The translations under genes were made by a program, and so were the position numbers. From Camelus dromedarius (taxonomy: Eukaryota), in the NCBI RefSeq assembly GCF_036321535.1, contig NC_087437.1, forward strand, positions 47,370,001 through 47,434,000: a stretch of 64,000 bases of DNA. The letters are read 5' to 3'. How positions within the stretch are numbered: position 1 is the stretch's first letter; the number at the start of each line of letters is the position of its first letter. The notes beneath the pieces were generated by a model. It was not told the origin of the DNA and ran no database searches. It was given only the letters and a program-made list of their open reading frames with translations. Shown here piece by piece: positions 1 through 11,584 of the stretch.

Positions 1-189
1 AATTGCGCCTTTTGCTGTTGTCCCTGAATCCTTTTTTTGCCTCTTTAGCCCTGTCTCTATTGTGCAATACTTTAAATGTCAGATCCATGAGCTGATTCAT
101 GGGGATCTGGGGTCCCCAGCTGCCCAGAAGGGGCCTTAGGGGTAGATGATTGGGAAGATCTCTCCAGTGGGGTCCTTCCCAACAGGAAG

Positions 190-750
190 CAATGGAAGAA
201 TTTTAAAAATCTCCTAATAAGATCCCTGGCCTTGGGGCTTCCAGATCCCACAAGGCCCTTCCAGTTCTCTGTTTATGAGAGAGGAAGAATAGTCTCGAGG
301 GTCCTCACCCAATGGGTGGGTCCTACCCAACAGACTATGGGATACCTCTCCAAACAGGCAGATCCCACTGCTTGAGGCTGGCCTTCCTGCCTAAGAGTGT
401 AGGGAGCCCTTTCCACTCTCCTGGAGGAAGCTTTTAAGCTAATTCTGGGGGCCCCTATACAAGCATACACTAACCATCAAGTTTCTGACCTTTTCAAAGG
501 CAAGGGACATTTCTGGCTCTCAGATGCTCGGCTTCTTAAATATCAGGCATTCTTACTGGAAAACCCAGATGTCACTGTCTCTGTTTGTGGGACACTCAAT
601 CCTGCTACACTATTACTATCACCAGACAAGTCTCTTCCCTTTTGCCTATGTCATGAGACCCTATCCATTTCTCTAGGAGCTAGAAGAGATCTCACCAACC
701 AACCCCTGGAAAACCCTGATGAGATCTAGTTCACCGATGGGAGCCACATA
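190..750 (+). mobile_element. Class I (gammaretrovirus-like) ERV pol remnant, RT connection to start of RNase H
   Basis: Frame +1 reads LALGLPDPTRPFQFSVYE..VLTQWVGPTQQTMGYLSKQADPTA*GWPSCLRV*..WLSDARLLKYQAFLLENPD..LNPATLL..DLTNQPLENPDEI*FTDGS. This is colinear with MLV-type Pol motifs (ALGLPDLTKPF, YLSKKLDPVAAGWPPCLR, LNPATLLP, YTDGS). Three in-frame stops. Confidence 0.92.
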
Positions 751-1039
751 TTCTCATGAACCTCTTAGCGATCTGCGACTGCTTTCCAAGCAACACTCTG
801 GTGAGACTCTTCCATCGCCCTAGGGGACTATGGATCCCTGTTAGATAAACCTCTTTCTTAAATGTCTCCTGGTTGAAATCTTTTCTCTTTTAGGGCCCCC
901 ACCAAACTGTTTTAATACTAATTTAAAATGTCTCTGACATTAGGGTCCCTCTTTTGACTCCTCCTTTAGTTCACTGGACTAACACTCCAACAACTGCTTT
1001 CTAAAACCTAAACCAACAGAAAGCACAGAAATCAATGTT

Positions 1040-1347
1040 GTTTAAGACCCTTGTTTGCCTCTTTCATCCTTGGTTGGCTAGGATTAGCTCTATATATTTG
1101 ACCTCTATCTTTTCAACCTTCTTATGAAAATTGTTTCTTCTCAACTAGAGATAAACTTCAAATGATTATATAACAAGGTAATCAACCAATCAGCCAAGAC
1201 CACTTCGCTCACATCCTGCCCAAGGACAGGCAGCTAGTCTGGGACCCCAACGAGCTCCATTATCGCCCCAGATCAGCAGGAAGCAGCTAAAGGAGTCCTC
1301 GCTCTCTACATCCCCAAGATTTGGGGTCTTATGACTAGAGGGGGGAA
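1040..1347 (+). mobile_element. ERV env TM C-terminal remnant, 3' UTR and polypurine tract
   Basis: About 1098-1150 translates FDLYLFNLLMKIVSSQLE, like the class I env tail FGPCIFNLLVKFVSSR. It is followed by CAGCAGGAAGCAG and the polypurine tract AGAGGGGGGAA (1337-1347). Integrase and most of env are deleted between ~750 and ~1040. Confidence 0.75.
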
Positions 1348-1505
1348 TCTTAAGTAGCAGAGGCAGAAATGAGCATTGGGCAAAGGGAGAGGAAGGGGAA
1401 AGGAAAAATCCAGAACACAAGAAACCTGAGCTCTCAGCCAGAGCGCAGGGAAACTGAGCTGTCAAACAAACAATCAATCAACCAACCAACCAATCAATCA
1501 ATCAC
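1348..1505 (+). mobile_element. Probable start of ERV 3' LTR (U3), with (AATC/AACC)n tract
   Basis: Lies directly after the polypurine tract but begins TC rather than TG. (CAAT/CAAC)n tract at ~1464-1505. Confidence 0.5.
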
Positions 1506-2102
1506 AAGGCCTGGGGGTAACTATCACTGGCCTGGGGGTGGAAGCACACCCCGTGTCATGCCTCCATGAGACGGCATGCCCCTCCACCCCCAGGCCTGTG
1601 GGTGGAGGTGAAGTGCACCCATTCATGTGTCTATTAAACAGGTGACCATCCATACATAATCCAGGTATGGATGTGCACCCATATCATTTGTCTATTATGG
1701 GAGTGCACATAAACACACAGGTCTGTGTATGTATATGTATATATATAATATGTATATTATATATGTATATAGACATATACGTACATATATTATCTAATAT
1801 ATATACCTCAATATATCTACATATAAAATAAGTATATAGTTGTACATACACCCCGAGGCCTGGTGGCAGAGGCACTCCCCATGTCACAAGTCTGTGAGAC
1901 GGGGTGCAACTCCACTCACATTATACGAGTGCACATCCCTTCCCAGGCCTGGGTAAACACATTATACAGGTACACATCCATACCAGACCTGTGTATGGAT
2001 GTACACCTATATAATATACATATTATATGTGTGTATATATTATATTATATATATTGTATTAGCTATGTACTTTTAGTAGATTATATACACATATATTATA
2101 TA

Positions 2103-2148
<46 letters not shown>

Positions 2149-3004
2149 TACACACACACACATATATCCATACACAGACCTTGTATGGATGTGCACCCAT
2201 ATAAGAGACACATTATACAGGTACACATCCATACCCAGATCTGTGTATGGATGTACACCTATATAATATACATGTTATTATTATACATATATTATATAAT
2301 GTACATATTATATATACGTATCCATACAGACATATGTATAATATACATATATATACATATCCATACACTGGCATCTGTATGAATATACACATATATAATA
2401 TACATATTATATATGTATATATTATGTCATATGTGTATATAAACATATATATTAAATTATATATATACATATCTATACAAAGGCCTGTGTATAGACGTGC
2501 ACCCATATTAATAGATACAAGACACGGGTGCACTTCGTCTCCTCCCCCAGGCCTGAGGATAGATGCACACCCCGTCTCATAGACACATGACACAGGATGC
2601 ACCTCCACACTCAGACCTGTATATAGATGTACTCCTATATAATTTATACATTTTATATGTATATATAAATTTTATTATATATATTAGATTACATATGCAT
2701 AGATACTGGATTATGTATGTATATATTATAGTATACACTATATATACATATATAACATATATAATATATATACATATTCATACAAAGACATATGTATATA
2801 TAATACATATTATATGTGTATATATACTGTATAGTATATATACATACACACATATGTTATATAATATACATATTATATATATATACACACACCCATGCGC
2901 AAACCTGTGTATTTAGGTGTGCCTGTATAATAGACACATTATATTGGCACACATCCACATATGCAGATCTGGGTGTGAATGTGTACCCATATATAAAAAA
3001 CACA
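1505..3004. repeat. Composite low-complexity repeat: palindromic ~28-30 bp units separated by alternating purine-pyrimidine TA/CA tracts
   Basis: Recurrent ACATCCATAC-N9/10-GTATGGATGT and AGGCCT-centred units. A ~65-bp near-identical block recurs at ~1957 and ~2208. (TA)n at ~2109-2147. Confidence 0.9.
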
Positions 3005-3449
3005 TTGAGGACCCTCAGTGACACATATTCTAATGTCTGAAACATAAATATTATGTTAGTTGGAAAAGGTTTTTTTGGATGTGATTGAGCTAAGCATCTT
3101 GAGATGAAAAGATCACCCTGAATTATCCAGGTGGGCCCTCAATTTCGTTGCAAGTGTCCTTATAAGTGAGAGGCAGAGGGAGTTTTGACTCAGAGAAGCT
3201 AATGTAAGACAGGCAGAGATTGGAGTAGTATGAGCACAAATCAAACACTGCAAGCAGCTACCAGAAAAGGCAAGAAACAGATTCTCCCCTGAAGTCTCCA
3301 GTGGAAGTATGGCCCTGCTGACACTTTGATTTTGTCCCAATGAAACTGATTTTGAGCCTCTGGCCTCCAGAACTGTGAGGGAATACACTTCTGTTGTTTT
3401 GAGCCATCAAGTTTTTGGTAATATGTTACAGTGGCCAAGGACACTAACA
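3005..3449 (+). mobile_element. MaLR LTR (MLT1C/D-like)
   Basis: Diagnostic text GATGTGATT..TTGAGATG..ATTATCCAGGTGGGCCC..GTCCTTATAAG..GAGGCAGAGGG..CCTCCAGAACTGTGAG..ACTAACA. Confidence 0.8.
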
Positions 3450-3609
3450 TGCATGCACATATTGATAAAGTACTTATATAAAAAATATAAAAATCAAAGG
3501 CTTCTGTTAGGACTAGAGAAGTGACCATCGTATCACATAAAGAATGGGATCTTTGGATTCAGACGGCCTCTTTCTCTGACTGCCCTTTTCCTTTTCAACC
3601 TCTTGTGGA

Positions 3610-3900
3610 CTAACCCTACTCTGCCACTCTGCTGAAACTGCTTCTTGAAGCCATTAATGAATTATTGATTCCAAAATCCAGTGGCTTTTTCCTGGTTCTC
3701 ATCCAAGTGAACATTTTACTCTCTCCTGACTTCAGGGACACTGCACCCCACGTTTTTCCCCTTCTCCTCTGGTTTCTCTTACTCTCCAGAGACTGATTCC
3801 TTTCCTGTTTAGGTCTGCTCTTGATTCTCTTTATTCTTTATACTTTTACTTCTTGATGGCTCCCAGTCCCAAAGATTAAAATATCAGTGCTATTTATGCC
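3610..3900 (+). mobile_element. L2 fragment
   Basis: CCACTCTGCTGAAACTGCT..AAATCCAGTGG..TTCTCATCC in pyrimidine-rich L2 ORF2-like sequence. Confidence 0.55.
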
Positions 3901-5799
3901 ACTCCTTTTAGTAATTCAACAGCAGTTTATGGAGGGTTTCGCCTTCTGGTTCTGAAATTTTTATTCTGACAAATGTGGAAGCTATTCCAAGACATAGTGT
4001 GCCTGTGCCAACCACCACTGGTGAAGGCACTCTCGCTAAATGCATTGTGACAGGCTTGATGGTACTGAAGAGGGGGTGCATGAAACACAGGCTCTGGAAA
4101 GGCTACTCGCTTCTATACTTAGTCAAGGAAGGCACAGTCAAGGAAGGCACCTTCTAAAACCTCTTTCTCTGTTTGTAAAGTGGAAGTAAGACCATCAACC
4201 TACTTCAGCAGTATGTGGGAAGTCTAGAGCATGACATATAAACAGCAAATACATAAACCATAAAGGAAACAAGGTTCAAACAACAGTACAAAATATAATG
4301 CACTTATTCAGACTAATTAGACCTAATTAGTAATAAGGTTACCTGTACAGTGTATGTTAATTTCTATCTGGCTCTCTTTGAGTTTGTATTGATGTTGAAT
4401 GTGGTGGGTATTTGCTGTGCTCTCTCAGCTTAAGCAAGCTTAGATGAAACTGTCCTCCTGGCTAATGTTTCACATAACACCCAATGGACTGACTCCAGCA
4501 AATTATATTAAACCAAATTACAATAAGGTGGTATTTATTTATTAAGTTGGTGAGCAGTTTCATCTGCTCATTTTTTTAAGAGGCTTCATTCTCCTCCTCT
4601 GGTTCAGGAGAAACAAAACACATATTTTTGAGGCACAGACAGAAACAGAACCCTCTACACATTATCCAACAATATTATCAAAAGTATGTAGGGCTTTTGT
4701 TCCCTGGAACATCCCTTGGCTCTTATTGGGATTTTCATAGCTGCGGTGCTGATGTTGACCACCGAATGGAACTGAGGTGAAGAAGGTCACAGGGATGAAC
4801 ACTGAATTAAGCATTATCCGTCCCACCCTTCTTAACCTTTGGCATTGTCCCCTTTGACATCGAAACATAATTATTAACTTTACCTTTGTGTATTTAATTT
4901 GTGCGAAAAGAATTATAGAAACCAACATGGCCACCAATTCTCTGTTTTTTTCCCCTGTGGCTGTAGAGAACATGTATGGAGGGATTCATAGTTATGCACT
5001 ATTCCTACACACAGCCTAAACTTGGAAATCAAAAAACCAAGGCCACTTTCTGAAAGTTAATCTAATTAAATCAAGACGTAATGGGAGGAGACAGAAAAAT
5101 CTGTCCCTCTAGAAAGTCTTGCTCTTCTAAAAACTGCTATCTAACTTTTTTGGTAATAAGAATTCATCTAGACAAAAAAATGCCCTAACAGAAGTCACTG
5201 GCCAGCAGAAAAATGCTGGTCCAGAAGGCAAACCTAGAAGCATATGTCTTGTACTAGTCAGGAGAATAAAAACTGCTTAGGCAGAAAATTCTGGACCTTA
5301 GAGAAATGTTTGCTATCTGCTTAGGATTTGAGAAAATTCAATTCCAATATTACCCAACTGTGATGAACTCCAAGACCATTGATCTGTCTGCTTCCCAAGC
5401 AAGTTTTTCATTGTTAATTTTATTTCCCAGCTATCTCAAAATAAAGAATGATGCAAGTACCTTAGATTGAGACGTAAGATCATTCCCATTCCTACAAAGG
5501 GATGACCCTCCATAGTATATTAACAAGTTTCCATCTGTTTTACCCATGAGGCCTTTGCTAGTGTGGTGTTTACCCACCTGTGGGGGTACTGGTGAAAGTT
5601 CAGATTCTATAAATGTAAGATTGAGGTTCACAACCTGTGAGGCCTCCAAGGTGGTCAGTCAGCTGCCACCCACCCTGGCTCCCAGGCTACCTGTTTTCCT
5701 CTTTAAAACACCAGCAATGGACTCACCTGGAAGAAAACAATAAGCAAGTCTGGTAGGTGGCCATTACCTAGTAAATGTAATAAAAGCCATGGCTCTTGT

Positions 5800-6395
5800 T
5801 TATACCAGCAATATCTAGTTATAAAATATAATAGGAAAAATCTTTCTCAGTGGCAAAAGAACTGTATAAACATATAACCTGTATGAAGAAAATGATAAAA
5901 TTTAACCAAAGAACATAAAAGATTTTATTAAAGAGATATCACATTCTTGAATAAAAAGATGTATTACTGTAAAGAAGTCTCAGTAAATTAACCTATAGAG
6001 TTAGTTCAATTCCCATTAAACTCAAAGAATTGGGGGGAACTTGACAATATAATTCTGAACTTCTGAGAGAATAAAAAGCTATTTAAGAAATTTGAAAAGA
6101 AAAATAATGCAGGAAGGCTGTCTCTACCAGATGGTAAAGATACAGCAATTAACCAGCATAGTACCCCGAAAGAAATAGAAAAATAAGTGGAACCATACCA
6201 AGTCCAGGAACATATCAAATTTTTGACAAAGATGGGCTTTCAAATCAGCGAAAAAATAATGACTATAACAAATGGCACTGGTATAACTAGCTATAAATTT
6301 TCAGGAAGGTAACACAGTTAAATCATATTTCAAAACTTTAAATTCTAAATGGATCAATAATTCAAATGAAACTATAAAAGTATCTGAAGAAAATT
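5800..6395 (+). mobile_element. Old L1 (L1M) ORF2 fragment
   Basis: A-rich degenerate ORF2 text (TTCAATTCCCATTAAA, GAACTTGACAA..ATTCTGAA, AAATGGATCAA). Confidence 0.65.
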
Positions 6396-7037
6396 AAGTT
6401 TTCTCTTTTTAGTTTTATTTCATTGTGGTAAGAACATTTAACATGAAACCTACCATCTTAAATTTTTAGGGGGTATAATTCACTATTTGTTAGTGACTAT
6501 AGGTACAGTGTTGTATAGTAGCTCTCTTAGTTAACTGAAACATTACTAGTAACTCCCCATTTTCCCCTCCTTTTAGCCCCTGGCAACCACCATTTCATTC
6601 TCTGATTCTACAAATTTGACTATTTTAGGTGCCCCATATAAATGGAATCATGCAGTGTTTGTCTTTCTGTGACTACTCATTTGCTTAGAAAAATGTCCTC
6701 AAGGTTCATCCATGTTGTCATATATTACAGAATTTCCTTCTTTTTCAAGACTAAAGAGTATTCTATTGGATGTACATACCATGTTTTCTTTATCCATTCA
6801 TCTGTCAATGGACATTTATGTTGTTTTCATATCTTGGTGCTTATAAATAGCTCTACAATGAATATGGGAATACTAGCTCTTCAAGATCCTGATTACTATT
6901 CTTTTTGAATAAATACCCAGATTTTGATTTGCATTTCCTGCAACTGATTGGTGACATTGAACATCCTGTCATATAGCTGTTAGCCATTTGTATGTCTTCT
7001 TTGAAGATATGTTTATTCAAATCTTTACCTCCATTTT

Positions 7038-7180
7038 TTTAACATTTTTTACTGATTTATAATGATTTTACAATGTTGTGTCAAATTCCAGTGTAGAGCA
7101 CAATTTTTCAGTTATGTATGAACATATATATATTCATTGTCACACTTTTTTTCTCTGTGAGCTACCATAAGATCTTGTAT
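7038..7180 (-). mobile_element. Short, heavily 5'-truncated young L1 3' end nested in older L1
   Basis: Perfect 17-bp TSD ATCTTTACCTCCATTTT (7021-7037 and 7181-7197). The body resembles the reverse complement of the L1 tail at ~11420-11550. Confidence 0.9.
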
Positions 7181-8546
7181 ATCTTTACCTCCATTTTCTA
7201 ACTGCATTATTAGATTTTTTGCCATTGAATTGTATGAGTTTCTTAAATATTTTAGATATTAACCCCTTATCACATATATGGTTTACAAATATTTTTCCTC
7301 ATTCCATAGGTTGTCTTTTCATTCTGTTGATTCTTTCTTTTGCTGTACAGAAGATTTTTAGTTTGACGTAGTCCCATTTATTTATTTTTGTCTTTTTGCC
7401 TGTGCTTTTGATGTCATATTAAGTCACTGCCACTACCAATGTTTTTAAGTTTTTCTCCTCTGTTTTCTTCTAGGAGTTTCATAGTCTCAGGTCTTAATTT
7501 TACATCTTAAATCAACTGTGAGTTGATTTTGTGTATGGTATAATATAAAGGTCTAATTTCATTCTTTTTTATGTTCCCAGTGAGCCCAGTGTTCTCAATA
7601 CATTTGTTGATAAGACTATTTTTTCACCGTTGTATATTCTTGGCACCCTTGTTAAATATAAGTTGACTACATATGTGTGGATCTTTTTCTGGGCTCTCTG
7701 TTCTGTTCCACTGGTCTATATGTCTGTCTTTATGACAGTACCATACTGTTTCAGTTAATGTAATACATTGTAATATGTATTTTTAAATATATTGTAATAT
7801 ATTTTTAAATCAGGAAGTGTGATGCCTCCAGCTTTGTTCTTTCTCAGGATTAGTTTAGCCATTCTATGGTCTTTTGTAGTTCCATATGAGTTGTAGAATT
7901 ATTTTTCTGTATACTTCAGTTTAAAATGCCACTGGGATTCTAATAGAGACTGCATTGAATCTGTAGATCACATTAGGTTGTGTGGACACTTTGACAACAT
8001 AAGTCTCAAGCCATAAACACAAAATGTCTTTCCATTTGTTTTCTTTCATCTGTGTTTATAGTTTTCAGTATACAAGTCTTTCACCTCCTTAGTTTTAAGT
8101 TTATTCCTTTTTTTTTTCTTTTGGTGTTATTGTAAATGGGATTGTTTTCTAATCTCCTTTCCAAATAGTTCATTGTTAGTGTATAGAAACACAACCGGTG
8201 TTTTTGTATGTTGATTTTGTATCCTGAAACTTTACTGAATTTATTAGTTGTAACAGTTTTTGGGTGGAATCTTTAAGATTTTTTTTATCTACAAGTTCAT
8301 GCTATCTGCAAACAGAAACAATTTTACTTCCTGATTCGGAAACTCTTAATTTCTTTTCTTGCCTAATTGCTCTGGCTAGGACTTACAGTATTTAGTTGAA
8401 TGGAAATGGTGAAAGAGGGAATTCTTGCCTTGTTACTGATCTTATCAGAAAAACTTCTAGTTTTCACCACTGATGATGATAGCTGTGGGCTTTTCACCAT
8501 TGATGATGTTAGCTGTGGGCTTTCCATATAAGGCCCTTATTTTGTT

Positions 8547-8675
8547 TTGTTTTTGTTTTTGTTTCAGGGGAGGTAATTAGTTTTATGTATTTATTTAATG
8601 GAGGTGCTGGGGTTGAACCCAGGACCTTGTGCATGCTAAACATGTGCTGTACCGCTGAGCTATACCCTCCCCCAC
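8547..8675 (-). mobile_element. tRNA-Ala-derived camelid SINE (Vic-1-type)
   Basis: Minus strand GGGGAGGGTATAGCTCAGCGGTA (A box)..GGTCCTGGGTTCAACCCC (B box)..CTAATTACCTCCCC plus A-rich tail. 13-bp TSD CCCTTATTTTGTT at 8534-8546 and 8676-8688. Confidence 0.9.
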
Positions 8676-9509
8676 CCCTTATTTTGTTAAGTTACTTTCT
8701 TTCTGTTCCTAGTTTGTTGAAAGTTTTTAATTATAAAGAGGCGTTTAATTTTGTCAAACACTTTTTCTGAATCTATTGAGATGATCATGGACTTTTTTCC
8801 TTTATTCTGTTAATGTGTTATTCTGTTAATATATCACATTAATTGATGTTTTTAATGTCGAATCATCCTTGCAACCCAGGGATAAGCCCCACTTGGTCAT
8901 GGTGTGTTATCCACTTAATGTGCTACTGGATTCAGCTTGCTAGTATTTTATTGAGGATTTTTACATCTATATTCATCAAGGATATTGGTCTGTAGTTTTA
9001 TTTTCTTATAGTGTCCTTGTCTGGCTTTAGAATTGGGGTAAAATGCTGGACTCACAAAATCAGTTTGGGAATGTTCCCTTCTCTTCAGTTTTTTTAGAAG
9101 AATCTGAGAATTATTGGTGTTAATTCTTTAAATGTTTGGTAGAATTCATCTGGTTTGGGTTTTTCTTTTTAAGGAGGTTTTTGACTACTGATTCCATCTA
9201 TCTACTATTATTGTATTATTATCTATTTCTCCTCTCAGTTCTGTTGATGTTTGTTTTATATATTAAAGTGCTCTGATGTTGGGTGCATATATTTATTGTT
9301 ATATATTCCTGGTTGATTGACCCTCTTTATCACTATATAATGATCTTCTTTGTCTCTTGACAATGGTGACAGTTTTTGACTTAAAGTCTATTTTTTCTGA
9401 TATAAGTATAGCTACTCTTGCTTTCTTTCAGTTAAAATTGGCATGGGATATCTTTTACTATCTCTTCACACTCAGCCTATGTGTGTCCTTAAATATAATG
9501 TGAGTTTCT

Positions 9510-9665
9510 AACAACAAGGTCCTACTGTATAGCACAATATATTCAATAGCTTGTAATAACCTATAATGAAAAAGAATATATATATGTATATATAACTGAA
9601 TCACTATGCTATACACCAGAAACTAACACAACATTGTAAATCAACTATACTTCAATTTTTAAAAA
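9510..9665 (+). mobile_element. Cetartiodactyl-type L1 3' end nested in older L1
   Basis: AACAACAAGGTCCTACTGTATAGCACA..AACTGAATCACTATGCT..CATTGTAAATCAACTATACTTCAA plus short A tail, in opposite orientation to the host L1. Confidence 0.8.
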
Positions 9666-10610
9666 GTGAGTCTTATAGACAGTATATGGTTGGGTCCTAT
9701 TTTTTAATCCATTCTGCTATTTCATATCTTTTGATTGGGGAGTTTAATTCATCTACTTTTAATGTAATTATAGATAGATAAGAATTTACTACTGCTATTT
9801 TGTTGTTTCCTGTAGTCTTGTGGTACTTTTGTTTGTCTGTGTGTTCTGTTCGTTGCTTGTATTGATATGGTTTAACTTCTTTCTCTTTTTCTTTTTTGTA
9901 ACTTCTATAAGATTTTTCTGTGTATGCATCATTACCTTGGGGCTTACATAAAATATCTTACAGTTATAACAGTCTATTTTAAGTTGATAACACCTTAAGC
10001 TCAGTCACATACAAAAATTCTATATCTTAACTTCTCCCCTACACTTTGCTTTGTTGTCACAATTTGTATCTATCTTTATTGTGCATCATTTAACACAATT
10101 TTAATTAGTTATTTTTAATATTTAGTCTTTTAACTTTTATACTAGAATTTTAAATGATATACCAAATACCATTATAGAAATTCAGTATTCTATATTTGTC
10201 TATATAGTTATCTTAATGAACAAGTTTCTTACTTTCTTATGCTATAATGTTGTTGTTTAGCATCCTTTCATCTCAACTTAAAGAACCCCCATTAGCATTT
10301 CTTATAAGGCAGGTCTAGTGGTAATGAACTCCTCAGTTTTTTTTTCTCTGGGAAAGCCTTTATCACTCCTTCCTTAGAAAGTAAATAAGCATCCATAATG
10401 AGCAATTATTAATAATTTTGTTTAAACTTTTGCAAGAATGGATAAGCCATAAGCTCCTCAAGGGGATTACTCCATACTTTATCACAGAGTCAAGTTCTTC
10501 ACTTTGTTTAATTCAGATCTCCTCTTTTAATTTAAGCCCTTCTCCCTCTTTGTGACTCCTGGTAACATGAAATTCAACTGGTCAGCATCTTCATAAACAC
10601 CCTTATTGAA

Positions 10611-11584
10611 ACAACCCAATCCAAAAATGGACAGAAGACCTAAACAAGCAATTCTCCAATGAAGACATACAAATGACCAATAAGCACATGAAAAAATGCT
10701 CAATATCATTAATTATCAGAGAAATGCAAATCAAAACTACAATGAGATATAACCTCACACCAGTCAGAATGGCCATCATTCAAAAGTCCACAAATGATAA
10801 ATGCTGGAGAGGGTAAGAAGATAAGGGAACCCTCCTACACTGTTGGTAGGAATGCAGTTTGGTGCAGCCATCATGGAAAACAATATGGAGAGCCCTCAAA
10901 AGACTAAAAATAGACTTACCATATGACCCAGCAATCCCACTCCTGGGCATAATTCCAGAAGGAACTCTAATTCAAAAAGACACCTGCACCCCAATGTTCA
11001 TAGCAGCACTATTTACAATAGTCAAGACATGGAAACAGTCTAAATATCCATCAACAGATGACTGGATAAAGAAGTTGTGGTATATTTATACAATGGAATA
11101 CTATTCGGCCATAAAAAGTGACAACATAATGCCATTTGCAGCAACATGGATGATCCTGGAGAATGTCATTCTAAGTGAAGTAAGCCAGAAAGAGAAAGAA
11201 AAATACCATATGATGTCACTCATGTGGAATCTAAAAGGAAAAGAGAAGACAAATGAACTTAAATATAAAACAGAAACAGACTCACAGACATAGAATACAA
11301 ACTTGTGGTGCTGGGGGGAGAGGGGTGGGAAGGGACAGACTGGGAGTTCAAGATTTGTAGATACTTACAGGTATATATAGAATAGATAAACAAGTTTATA
11401 TTGTGTAGCACAGGGAAACATATACAAGATCTTGTAGTAGTTACAGTGAAAAAGTATGAAAATGAATATATGTATATTCATGTATGACTGAAAAATTGTG
11501 CTGTACACCAGAAATTGATACAACATTGTAAACTGATTATAACTCAATAAAAAAAAGTTGAAAAAATTTTTTAAAAAATAAAAA
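10611..11584 (+). mobile_element. Young 5'-truncated L1 (ORF2p C-terminus, 3' UTR, poly A)
   Basis: Perfect 16-bp TSD AAACACCCTTATTGAA (10595-10610 and 11585-11600). ORF 10859-11293 encodes the ORF2p end ([31 protein letters not shown]). AATAAA followed by an A tail. Confidence 0.95.

Larger units (their letters stand above)
6405..10380 (-). mobile_element. L1MA8/9-like LINE-1, degenerate, with internal deletions and nested younger inserts
   Basis: 3' end TGTGGTAAGAACATTTAACATGA at ~6425, then continuous antisense ORF2 text (GTTCATCCATGTTG, GATGCCTCCAGCTTTGTTCTT, GGATATTGGTCTGTAGTTT) to ~10380. Confidence 0.9.

Noticed and set aside
1505..3004. CRISPR-like appearance (palindromic ~30-bp repeats with spacers)
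   Set aside because: Mammalian context, divergent repeats, irregular low-complexity spacers, and no cas genes.
1684..3045. Overlapping Tyr/Ile/His-rich ORFs on both strands
   Set aside because: Translations of TA/CA low-complexity repeat with no protein signal.
4121..4150. 15-bp tandem duplication (similar ones at 8461-8520 and 46921-46956)
   Set aside because: Ordinary slippage duplications.
8600..8673. tRNA-Ala gene
   Set aside because: It is the head of a SINE with tail and TSD, with mismatched stems.
10859..11293. 144-aa ORF as a cellular gene
   Set aside because: It is the C-terminus of L1 ORF2p within a truncated L1 bounded by TSDs.
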